Below the pieces are notes generated by a model. The model saw only the letters and a program-made list of their open reading frames with translations. It was not told where the DNA came from and did no database searches. Shown here one piece after another: positions 13,667-24,685 of a stretch of 64,000 nucleotides of DNA; the stretch's first letter is position 1; the number at the start of each line of letters is the position of its first letter. This DNA comes from Gekko japonicus (taxonomy: Eukaryota). The stretch covers positions 279,030 through 343,029 of the forward strand of contig NW_015166451.1 of NCBI RefSeq assembly GCF_001447785.1, read 5' to 3'. Both the position numbers and the translations under genes were made by a program.

Positions 13667-13850
13667 TTCCCTACCTGAAGGGGTCTCAGAGCAGCTTACA
13701 ATCCCTTCCCCTTCCCAAAACAGATACTCTGTGAGGTAGGTGGGGCTGAGAGAACTGCCCTTGAGAGAACAGCTCTGAAAGAACTTATGACAGACCCAAG
13801 GTCACACCAGCAGCTGCCTGTGGAGGAGTGGGAAATCAAACCTGGCGGCC

Positions 13851-14032
13851 CAGGGCTCTTTTTGTAGCAGGAACTCCTTTGCATATTAGGCCACACACCC
13901 CTAATGTAGCCAATCCTCCAAGAGCTTACAGAGCTCTTCTTACAGGAGCTACTGTAAGCTCTTGGAGGATTGTCTACATTAGGGGTGTGTCGCTTAATAT
14001 GCAAATGAGTACCTGCTACAAAAAGAGCCCTG
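13851..14032. mobile_element. Palindromic hAT-type MITE
   Basis: Near-perfect ~80-bp inverted arms (cagggctctttttgtagcagg... / ...cctgctacaaaaagagccctg). Same family as 11402. Confidence 0.85.
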
Positions 14033-14509
14033 CCGGGCTGGTCCTCTCAGATTAGCATCCGCGATCCTAACCACTACAGCAAACTGGCTTAGAGGTAAGG
14101 AACGCAAGAAGCCCTCAAATGATAGATCCTCAAGTTTTCCTGCAGCAATAAAATAAGGCACAAGAAGTTAGAAATACTGGAGAACTGGCTGCTGCAGCCC
14201 ATACTAACACTGTTACATCATTACAAGGAATATATACAAATTTTAAAAGGAGATGTTTAAATTTAACAATGTTTGTACTAATGGCAAGTTTCTCTACAAT
14301 CCTCTGTCAGATTAATGCTGCCAGGTTTGTTTGTTTGAAAAACATAGCTGTTCTCTACAGTGTAGCACAGGCCAAAAGGCCCAGTCCCTTCTCGAAGAGG
14401 CTTTCTGTCTGTATCTTGAAAAGGAGAGAGGGAAGGAAAATGGGGTGAACATGATTTCGTCTGAGGATGGAAGGAGACAGAACTGTCATCCTGATGAGGT
14501 CCTGTCTAG

Positions 14510-14683
14510 AAGAAGGAGGAGGAGAAGGAGATTGGATTTATACCCCGCCCTTCACTACCCAAAGGTGTCTCAGAGCGGGTTACAAACTCCTTTCCCCTCC
14601 CCTCCCCACAACAGGCACCCTGTGAGGTAGGTGAGGCTGAGAGAGCTCTTCACAGAAACGACTCTTTTTTTCAAGAATAGTGT
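14510..14683 (-). mobile_element. 5'-truncated Squam3-like SINE
   Basis: Tail plus ggatttataccccgcccttcactacc...gagagctc. Confidence 0.85.
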
Positions 14684-16274
14684 CCAATATGTAGGTTTGA
14701 GAAAATCAGAGCCTCAATTTCCAACTTTCTAGAAGTCAACGGAGCTTACTAATGAACTGTGTAGGGGGAAAAACTGTTAACAAAAACAAAGGCAATTGAA
14801 ACTCCCCCCCCCCCCCCCAGCCATTGGTCATTTTCTTGCTTAGCTTTGGCTTTAGGCAGAGCTTTAGGCCCTAGTACTGTTCAGTCCTAAAGAAGATTGC
14901 TTTTGGCAGCTATGACCTCAGTGTTTTGCCAAAGGGAATATAGGTTTACAGAACAGAACAACTCCAATCCAAAACGATAGGCTCAGAAAACACTCATAGG
15001 ATATCCTTATGAGTGACAGGCATACACATCTGAAGTTCTGTCTATGAAATCCCCCTAACAAAAAACCACTAATTATTCTACTGTTGGAACAAATCAGCTA
15101 GATCAATGTCACCTAAGGAAGTAAATGACCTTTGCAACTTCAACAAGGAAATGAAGATCTTTTGGAAGAGATCTGGATGAACTGGGGCAAGGAAGACGTT
15201 CTTTACAGTGTGCGTGGGATAAGTGGAAGGATTATATGAACTGAGAAAGCCTCCCTCTCCAGTACACAAATACAGTGGGGAGTGCAGATGTTTAGGTTTG
15301 CCAGTTAACACACATTCCTACTCTAGACATCAGCTATCTAGCACCAAAACCACAAACAGCTGTGACTGATGTTACTTGCAGGAAATCTATTCTGCTTAGA
15401 AAACAATGCCCAAGGGTTCAAGTTCCAACGCACTTTCTCATGGACTCATTCTGTATTCTTGGACAAGCCACAGCTATCCACTTAAGTGGTTGCTTGACAA
15501 GGTATTTTGTAAGGGCAAACACAACTGTAAAGCTCTATTAACTACAAGGGAAATTTTCACTTCCTCCAACAGAAGACCTACTTAAGTTAGAAGAAGGCTC
15601 CTTAGGCAGGAGGAAGGCTTCAGACACTGCAAAGCGGAGCACTTGGATCCATCCGATTGAAAATTCCAAATCTAAGAGAGGCTAGAGAGTGGGTTTCAGC
15701 ACTGGGAAAACACTTCTTGATGTAAGACGGGGCCAGTTCCTGCCTCCACCAGTGGAAGGTGGCCTCCCTTGCCTCCCAGAAGGCTCCGGAACTACAGAAC
15801 AAGCTAACATCCTGTGCTATAGCCAACATGGCAACAAGGAAAACCAGAAGAAGCACATGGCAAACATCCTGATGAGGTCCTGTCTAGTGCCCAACATGTG
15901 CCCATAAGCACAGTCCAAATACTCTTTGCCCTCTCAAGAACAGGAATTGAAGGCAAGTCAAAATGTTCTTTTCTCCTTGGGGAGATCAGAGGGCACCATA
16001 CATCTTTGGGAAGTATAAAAGCAACATTGTCCCCCAGGACAGGCCTTGCAGCCGATGGTGCCAATGCTCAAAATCAATACTCTCTGAATTATCTTTCTCT
16101 TTGACCCAAAGAATAGCCTAGGAACACCTAATGTTAAGGAGGTGTGATTTAAGCAATCCCTTGGGTGGAAGACCACAGGGAGCCCCATATAAGACCCCTT
16201 CCCTAAGTGCTTCTAGGGAGAAATTTAACTGGGGTCCTTCCTGCAGGCCACCAGAAGATAACTGTGCTTTCCAT

Positions 16275-16545
16275 AAGAAGAGGAAACTGGATTTATACCC
16301 CGCCCTTCACTACCCAAAGGAGTCTCAGAGTGGCTTACAATCTCCTTTCCCTTCCCCTCCCCACAACAGTCACCCTGTGAAGTAGGAGGGGCTGAGAGAG
16401 CTCTTTTGAGAACTGCTTGTGAGAGAACAGCTGAGAGAGCCTGTGGCTGACCCAAGGTCACACCAGCAGCTGCATGTGGAGGAGTGGGGAATTAGACCCA
16501 GTTCTCCCAGATTAGAGTCCACGCTTCTAAACCACTACGCCAAGG
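16275..16545 (-). mobile_element. Squam3-like SINE
   Basis: Matches the other copies over its full length. Confidence 0.85.
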
Positions 16546-16745
16546 AAGCGGCACTTTGCTGAAGCCAGAGATCACCCCCTGGACTTCTGCTCCCATGAAC
16601 CTTTCTTATTAAGATGGAAAGCAACCAGTTACAAACATCAGTCCTAAAGGTCACTAGCAAGTTCCCTTTGGCCCGTCTGGATCATTTCAGCACTTTGCAC
16701 AGTTGCAAAGCCAGTGTTTCCAACTTCCATATCTTCACAAAGGAA

Positions 16746-17593
16746 ACAGGGTCTGCTAACTGTGGCCAGTCATGCACGAACATTCATTTCTCTCATCAAT
16801 ATTTACTCAACACACCTAAGGGGCTTAAGTGGAATGCTGAGATCCCCCAAAGCGACTTCGGCTCGAAGAGACAAACCAGCCAGCTACACAGCATTCAAAC
16901 CAGACACCTACACAGCATTCAAACTGTATTACATACAGCAAGCCTGAACCCAGATTTCTGCCCAAGGAGATACATATGAAAATGTTTTAAATGGGCAACA
17001 AAGAGGTGAAGGTGGCAGAGCTGGCACTGTGTTTTTCCAGAGAAAATAGAACGAGCCATCTATCTAGCTTATGATTGTCCTTCTTGGTTCAGACTTATGG
17101 TTTTATACATCACAAAATCACAGCAGGTTGCCCCAATCCTAATACTTTTCCAAGATGAGGAATTACCCCCTCCAATACCACACAGGGTCTGCTAACTGTG
17201 GCCAGTCATGCACGAACATTCATTTCTCTCATCAATATTTACTCAACACACCTAAGGGGTTTAAATGGAATGCTGAGATCCCCCAAAGCGACTTTGGCTC
17301 CAAGAGACAAACCAGCCACCTACACAGCATTCAAACGGTATTACATACAGCAAGCCTGAACCCAGATTTCTGCCCAAGGAGATACATATGAAAATGTTTT
17401 AAATGGGCAACAAAGAGGTGAAGGTGGCAGAGCTGGCACTGTGTTTTTCCAGAGAAAATAGAACGAGCCATCTATCTAGCTTATGATTGTCCTTCTTGGT
17501 TCAGACTTATGGTTTTATACATCACAAAATCACAGCCGGTTGCCCCAATCCTAATACTTTTCCAAGATGAGGAATTACCCCCTCCAATACCAC
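16746..17593 (+). repeat. Tandem duplication of unique sequence (436 + 412 bp)
   Basis: 16746-17181 is repeated at 17182-17593, with a few SNPs and a 24-bp indel. Confidence 0.95.
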
Positions 17594-20500
17594 TTTAAAA
17601 AAAGGAATTTGTTGGCGAAACTCACAAGAATGCTTTAACTATTTAAGAGGTAGGAGGAGGTAAGAAGGGGGGAAGTGAAAAAAATGGATATGCAATGCTT
17701 TTTGTGAGAAGTATTTCATTACCACGAAACACCCTTCTTGTTTGAGAGGAGGCAGAATAGCTAGCTGTTCTGTATCTCTTGGCTACTGTTGCTCCAACAT
17801 AAAAAGAAATGGGGCAATCTTGGGGGGGGGGGAAGAGAGATGTGGCGCTGAAGAGCCCAGTGCCAATGCAAATCCTGTCTCTTAAGATTCCAAAATGGTG
17901 ACCAGCATTAGTGACTGCGTGGGCATGCAGTCTGGACTCTCTGACATGGCTCCACAATGGCGTTCAGCCAACAAGCAACCTATATACAAGGATGGTTCAG
18001 ACAGAATGCCAAACCAAGCCTCGCTGGCATGAAAGGAATGAATTGGCCTTGGCGCTCTCCTTTCTAATTATGCACACCGAATACATTTTTGACCTGCGTT
18101 CCAAACTAGGACTGAGAACCATGCTTCGGAGCTCATAGTCTGGTTTGTGATCCTAGTCTGGATGAGAAATGCAAACCAGAATTTGTTGTCTTCAGTGCAA
18201 CAGTCAGCTATGGCTTGTGAAAAACTGGAAGCCAATAAATTAACAGCAATGCAAGAGAGGAAGCAGGGAGGGAGGGCCATGTAAGCACAGGCTCCTTGTC
18301 TCAGTGCTAACCCCACAGCTGGCATTACCTCCGAAACTATAGAGTGCACACAGCTTCAATTTAATGTTATACAACAAGTAAAGAAGGGAAGGTCCAAGAT
18401 CCAATCCCTAGCTCTTCTAATTTAAAAGGAGAATGCAAAGCTGAGAGGCCACTGTCTAAAAGTTCAGACCGCCAGTCAAAAGTATGTATTACTGGACTAT
18501 TAGATACACCAATGGCCTAAACCAATGTAAGGCAGCTGCATCTATTCCAATAGTTGCTATTTTTAAAAATCTGCCAGAAGTTAATAGGACTTCCATATTC
18601 CATAGTGTAATGCTCACACACACCTACGATTTTCCCTTGTTGAAACATACTTTTCAATAGGCAGAACAGTTTGGGGAGGGGGGGGAATCAAGGGTTAATT
18701 TGCTCAAGAAGCTCTGCTTTAACTAGCAAAAGAAGCCGGTGATAGCATTCTGTCAGGTCTCAACAGAGCTGCTGCAGAGTTCCCTCTGGCAAAACCGCAG
18801 GCAGCACATTCCAATCAAGGGGGTCTCTTTTTGCCTAGCAATCTGCTGCAGAACAAATGCAGTGATCTGGCTGATGATGTAAGAGGTGGAGCTATTGGAC
18901 ATGGGGGGAGGGGAGCGGTGTGGTGAAGAGGGCAGCATTTATTTTGCACTAAGAGGACTTTGCAACCTTTTAGGGCAAGGAACATGGTCACACACTCCAT
19001 TGCTGGCCGTCAAGAGGGCTTCCAGATCCAGTACTATAATATGTAAAGGCAATAAATCTGGGGCAAAAGAGCAAACGGGTCCTCGAAAGAAATCTGGAGC
19101 CAAGTCTCTGAATACTACATCAGCTTCTTATCTTACATTCATTATTTTGCGGGGAGGGCGGGGTAAAAATGTTAACAATAAATAAATTTTTTTTACATAT
19201 TAAATACAACTGAGGAGTTAAAGGTAAAGTTACTGGGCCCCAATCCAGATAAAGCTATCCTTCAATCTGAAACTAATTAAATTTAGAGTTAATTGTGATT
19301 AATTTAAGTTTGGTTTCAAACTTTCAATGGATCATACAGGAAAAGGTACAGCATCATTATCATTGTCCATTTTGGTCTATTAGATAACCATCCAGTACCC
19401 AAAGCTGTTAATTTTTGTCCCATATGTCTCAAAACAGCTATGACAATAATTTAACAGAAATACTTTATAGGAGATTACAGAAGGTTTATTTAGCAAGCAC
19501 TATTGTTTGTAGTTCTTTGGCACTTATTTCAAAGTGGAAAACATTAGCTATTTGCAACTACTAATTACTTTTAAAGCACACCAATTCAATACTGACCAAC
19601 ATGGAAGTCAAGAAAAAGAAACATATTTTTCTATCACCCTAATTGTGAAAATTCTGCTATGTAAAGTAGGGAGGGAATTAAAGCATACCAACATTTATCC
19701 AAATGGCCTGAGAGAAACAGAATCCAAAAGACACAACATATAAGCCAATATTTGGTTTGGATAAAAAGAAGCACTCACTTTCCTTCTAGATTATAACCAG
19801 AGGAGTCTATATAACTGGGAATGTATTATACTACTTCCAAGGGGCCCCAGTAATGGAAGACTCTGAAGTGCATATTACTTGGGGAGAAACAAAACAAAAT
19901 ACCCCCCCAAACTATTTTCCTTCAAAATTCCCTTGCTCTAGGACACCAAGCAACATATTCAATGATGACAATGAACAAAGTCAGTGTCATCAACAACCAA
20001 TTTTACTGTCAGCTCCATCTCAAAAGCAACCTTTACCTTTATCATGTCTATGGATTTTTTAAATTGCAAACACAGACGTACCAAACCTATTCTGTGGGAC
20101 TTAAGAAGTTACATCACAGTCAGCCATGTGCATCTGGCGTGACAGCTCTGAAGCCTTCAAAACTGCATTTCCTTCCATTCCTGCCGCCCTAATCAGTGAT
20201 AAAAGTGACCCCCCCAGCAAAACAGTGAGTGGCAGGTATTCATCACCTTTTTGCCAAGGACAGGTCTAATTTTTCAGACAAGATTTCAGCTCCCATCAAC
20301 ACTGCACGGGGTCAGTGCCTTCCAGCTAATGTATTAGCAGCCTACACCAATGATCTGACACAAAGAGGTATATAATGGGACAAATGTAAAGTTGAAAGGG
20401 ACACTAATGAGTCTGGACTACAGTTTCTTTAGGGAGTGAGTGAAATTTTTTCCCAGACAGGGAATCAATGCTGACTTGACCTCTCTGCAAATTTAAATAA

Positions 20501-21174
20501 CCATTTTATGTCTGAGGGTTCCTCTCGCACCCACACTTAAATCCACCCCATGGATTCCTGATAGAAATAACTTCAGCTTTTTTACAGCACACAAAATGTT
20601 CATGTCATTGGCACCTGAAGGCAATTCCTGCCTTCTAAAGGTTGAAGTAGAAACTCAAATCTTTTGGAGAGCGCTTGCACAGCAATTACTGGCCAGACTA
20701 TTAAGGCAATTTTATTAGAAATACCTGCTGAGGTTTGTAGACTGCATGGTTCAGCACTAAGGCCGTGAGCTGCTCATGACTCCTGCCCTGTTCCGGCCTG
20801 TGGCTCATAGTGAAGGAGGAAGAAAGCAGGAAATCCTTGGGACTGCACTGGCAGGTGTGGTTTCTTCCTGTCTTTTCTGGGGGCTCCCCTCCGAGCGGCT
20901 GCCTCCAGCCCAGCAGCCCTTGGCCCAGGTCTCCTCCATTCCTGGGTACTTCTTTCTTCCTCCAGCCAGGTACAGCCTCCCAGAAGCCCCTCGTTGCTGA
21001 CTCCACTCCCCCCAATTTGGCTCACTTTATCCTTTTAAATGCCTGGCTCGCTAAATACAGGTCCCCTTCAGCATCTCCTTGCCCCTCAACAGCCCAGCTG
21101 TCTGTCTGGAACTTCCAGATACCACTTGAACCCTGCGTACCCATTCAAGACAGTCACAGATTCCTTTACAAAGG

Positions 21175-21518
21175 TAAAGGTTCCCTTGCTCGAAAGCCAG
21201 TCGAGTCCGACTCTAGGGATGCGGTGCTCATCTCCGTTTCAAAGCCGAAGAGCCAGCACTGTCCGAAGACATTTCAGTGGTCATGTGGCCGGCATGACTA
21301 AACACTAAGGCGCACGGAACGCTGTTACCTTCCCACCAAAGCGGTACCTATTTATCTACTGGCAATTTCTTGCTTTCGAACTGCTAGGTTGGCAGGAACT
21401 GGAACTAGAGATGGGAGCTCACTCCGTCATGCGGCACACTCGGGTCTCGAACTGCTGAACTACCGACCTTCCATAGCCTGCAGTTCAGCGTCTTAACCAC
21501 TTGAGCCACCGCAGCTCC
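21175..21518 (-). mobile_element. Full-length Sauria SINE
   Basis: Reverse complement of the 7510 copy. 14-bp TSD ttcctttacaaagg (21161-21174, 21519-21532). Confidence 0.92.
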
Positions 21519-22234
21519 TTCCTTTACAAAGGAAACAGCTAAATTTTAGGGTTGCATTCAGGCAGCAAACGTGATCACTGTTGAGTTAAAGTGTGCACAA
21601 ACCCAGACTGTAGCTTGGTTTGCACACGTCCTTCACTCCACCCCCCCCCCACCTTTCTTGATTTAGAATCCCAGGTTGTGGAGGGAAGCAAAATCCAAGT
21701 TGCCACGACACCTATGGGGACCACGGCTCAGTGGCTGAGCACATGTTTTTACACGCAAGAGGTCTTAAATTCAATCCCCAGGATCAGGAAGCAGGTGATG
21801 CAAAAGATACCAAGAAGTGACTGCTAGTCTGAGTGAACAATGCCCTGACAGACCCAGTTATAAGGCAATTTCATGTGTGAGGATGTCACACACTGGAGTT
21901 TGATTGAAGCCTTCCCAAATCTGGAAAAGTTCAACCATACTCCATGTGCAAGGGAAAGTCAGAGGGGAACACGTGGGCACAAAAAATGAGCTGCATTTGT
22001 ACCTGCCACAGACAAACAGGGGTGTCCCGTGGTATATAAATGCAGCCACTATTTAGCCTCCTCTAGGAACTTAACAGTGGGATTTCCTCTGTTGGTTCTC
22101 ACATCTTTCCTCAATGGGCAAAAGGATAATGGTAATGTGGCCATGACTTCAGAAGAATGATGTGACCCAAAGATGTCCTGTTCAGCTTCTTGAGATGGAT
22201 CTATTGCACCTAACTCAACAAAAATGATCCCTGT

Positions 22235-22440
22235 GGGCCCTGACCAAGATAGCCCAGCCAAGCCTGATCTCATCAGATCTCAGAAGCTAAGCAGGGCCGG
22301 CCTTGCAAGTACTTGGAGGGGAGACCTCCAAGGAATAACAGGGTTGTAACACAGAGGCAGACAATAGCAAGCTACCTCTGAACATCTCTTGCTTTCAAGT
22401 CCCATTAGGGGTCGCCAGAATTGGCTTGACCCGATGGCAA
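22235..22440 (+). mobile_element. 5S rRNA-derived SINE (5S-Sauria-like)
   Basis: gcctgatctcatcagatctcagaagctaagcagggccggcc..agtacttgga..ggagacc is a degenerate 5S head. Reverse copies at about 25205-25412 and 62385-62515. Confidence 0.7.
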
Positions 22441-22894
22441 AACGGTGATCCCTGTGAAAAACCCACCATCCACGACAAAGAATGAAAAAGCAAAACAGCT
22501 TAAGTTGCTGCATATTAGGCCCAAAATAAATGACACTATGGAGAACTGCAAGAAGCTGCTGAGAGAAGATTCAGAATCCATATTAAGCAAGTTTTCTGGG
22601 AGACAAATGCGCACGAGCAATAATTTAGGTTTAATGAATCTGGCCACGGTATGGCATATGATAATTACGAAGCCACCTTCCAGACTTCTAATTTAATCCT
22701 CCACCTACCTCCCCACAAAATTTTATTTCTAGAACAGAGTTTTGCAAGTGGGTTATTGCTAGGGGCAAAAAATTATTCTCAGAATGAAACGTCTCTCTTT
22801 AAAAGAGAACAACTTTTGCAGTGGACCAATGGCCTTTACCATTTTACATTCAATGATGTTTTGACAGCTTCCCATTTTCATATAATAACAATTC

Positions 22895-23205
22895 TATCAG
22901 TCAATCCTAAAAGAAATCAACCGTGACTGTTCCCTGGAAGACCAGATAATGAAACTGAAGCTCAAATACTTTGGCCACCAAATGAGAAGGGAGCCCTCAC
23001 TGGAGAAGACCCTGATGCTGGGAAAGATTGAAGGTCAAAGAAGACGGGGACAGCAAAGGATGAGATGGTTAGACAGTGTCATAGATGCAACGAACATGAA
23101 ATTGAGCCAACTTCAGAGGACGGCGGAAGACAGGAAGGCCTGGCGGGATCTGGTCCATGGGGTCGCGAAGAGTCGGACTCGACTGTGCAACTGAACAACA
23201 ACAAA
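22895..23205 (+). mobile_element. BovB (RTE LINE) 3' fragment
   Basis: Translates MKLKLKYFGHQMRR..LEKTLMLGKIEGQRRRGQQRMRWLD..WRDLVHGVAKSRTRL and ends in a (caa)n tail. Confidence 0.93.
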
Positions 23206-23659
23206 CATTTGTTTATTGATGCTATTTTTAGTCCACCTTTCTCACTGAGATGCAAGGCGGCTTACTCAGTGCAAGTCAACGGAATCAGCAGGATGCAATA
23301 CCCAAACAATGCAATAGGATTTGGATTGCAGAAGTCTGAACCAAAGCATAAGCACTAACAAGACACATTAAATGAGCAAGGGGCAACCCACTCCTAGGCA
23401 ACTCCCACTGTTGACTGAAGATGTTCTTCAGGTAGCCACAGACCATGCTGCTGATTCCTCGACAGCCACCAAAACAGTCCTTCCAGACTCCACTTTCGGT
23501 TGGTCCCTTGGCCCTGGGGTGCTTATGCTTATGCGCACCTGCAGGAGAGTGAGGCCTGTCTGCAGCAAAACTATCCCCTGAGCCCACAAAGAGCTCTGAG
23601 GCCCATGAGCTACAGATATTCACTGTGGCAACTGTTTGGACCAATCCTCACCACGGGAT

Positions 23660-24320
23660 AGGTGAGCAATGAATTTGACACAGTTGCAGAAGTTTTAGCA
23701 GGTCCAGGCTTCCCCAGGTCAGGTTCACTAACACCGTTCAAGGAACGTCAGTGTGTACGTATTGGGGTATTGGGGGGGGTGCCTGCGAGGCTCTGGTTAC
23801 CCCAGCAGGTTGGACATTTATCGGCGGGTTTTTATGTTAGCGAGATTCAATCTTTTCCCTTCCGCTGTGGTCTTAGGCAGATATAGGGGTATCCCCTATA
23901 GGGACAGAACCTGCAATTGCCTCTATAGTGAACCTGATTCAGTTGCTCATATTCTTCTACGCTGTTCCCAATATTCTATTATGCGTAGCCATCTGATTAG
24001 CCCCCATTTACCTACCACAAGGAATCCGACTGACAAAGATCTTAAAATTCTATTGTCTGATAAGTCCAAGGCACTTACTTTGTCTGTTGCCGAATTCTTA
24101 GCCTATGTCTGGAAGCTTAGGGTAAGGGCGTACAAGTCTTAATCCTCCTGTGTTCTCTAGAATTGTTATATTTTTAACTGTGTATATTATTTACGAGAAG
24201 CTTCTAGAAGATCTTTTGTTGGGGCAGCTTGGTGTAATTTGCCGTGACCTATTAATTTGTTTATTTTTCTAACTGTTTCACTGCCCTTTCTGTTGCTGTG
24301 TTATGCCAATAAAGGTTTAT
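23660..24320 (+). mobile_element. Non-LTR retrotransposon 3' end (RTE-X-like C-terminal Cys/His knuckle)
   Basis: GRYRGIPYRDRTCNC...E.DSVAHILLRC..Y, ending atgccaataaagg. Related copy at about 57735-58045 (ESIAHILLRC..., atgccaataaagg). Confidence 0.65.
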
Positions 24321-24475
24321 GTATGTGTGTGTAGGTTGGACAAGGGACCTAAAATGAGACTAGGGAATCCCCTGCAACACCTCTTCCCAAGCTGATTTGC
24401 ACTCCCCATTTGCACTGGTTTCTTAAACTCGTTCTTCTGAAAAACAAAAGCCCAACATGTATATCTGAAGCACAA

Positions 24476-24685
24476 CAGCTTGGTGTAGTGGTTAAGAGCA
24501 GTGGACTCTAATCTGGAGAACTGCAGCCAGCTGGGGGACCTTGGGTCAGTCACAGTTCTCTCAGAGCTCTCTCAGCTCCACCTGCCTCACACGGTGTCTG
24601 TTGTGATGAGAGGAAGGGAAGGAGATTGTAAGCCTCTCTGAGATTCCAAGTGAAGGGCGGGGTATAAATCCAACTCTTCTTCTTC
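24476..24685 (+). mobile_element. Squam3-like SINE (internally deleted)
   Basis: tggtgtagtggttaagagc head and (ttc)n tail. Confidence 0.8.

Larger units (their letters stand above)
13382..14088 (-). mobile_element. Squam3-like SINE interrupted by two younger insertions
   Basis: (TTC)n tail at the left end and tRNA-like head at the right end. Interrupted at 13435-13666 and 13851-14032. Confidence 0.85.

Noticed and set aside
14491-14520. CTGATGAG as a hammerhead core (also at 15869)
   Set aside because: No downstream stem II/GAAA partner; better explained as part of the 23-bp direct repeat.
16614-17391. Duplicated ORFs of 121 and 78 aa as a tandem gene pair
   Set aside because: By-product of the DNA duplication; no recognisable domain or splice structure.
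22235-22340. 5S rRNA gene
   Set aside because: Too degenerate and continues into SINE body sequence; it is a SINE head.
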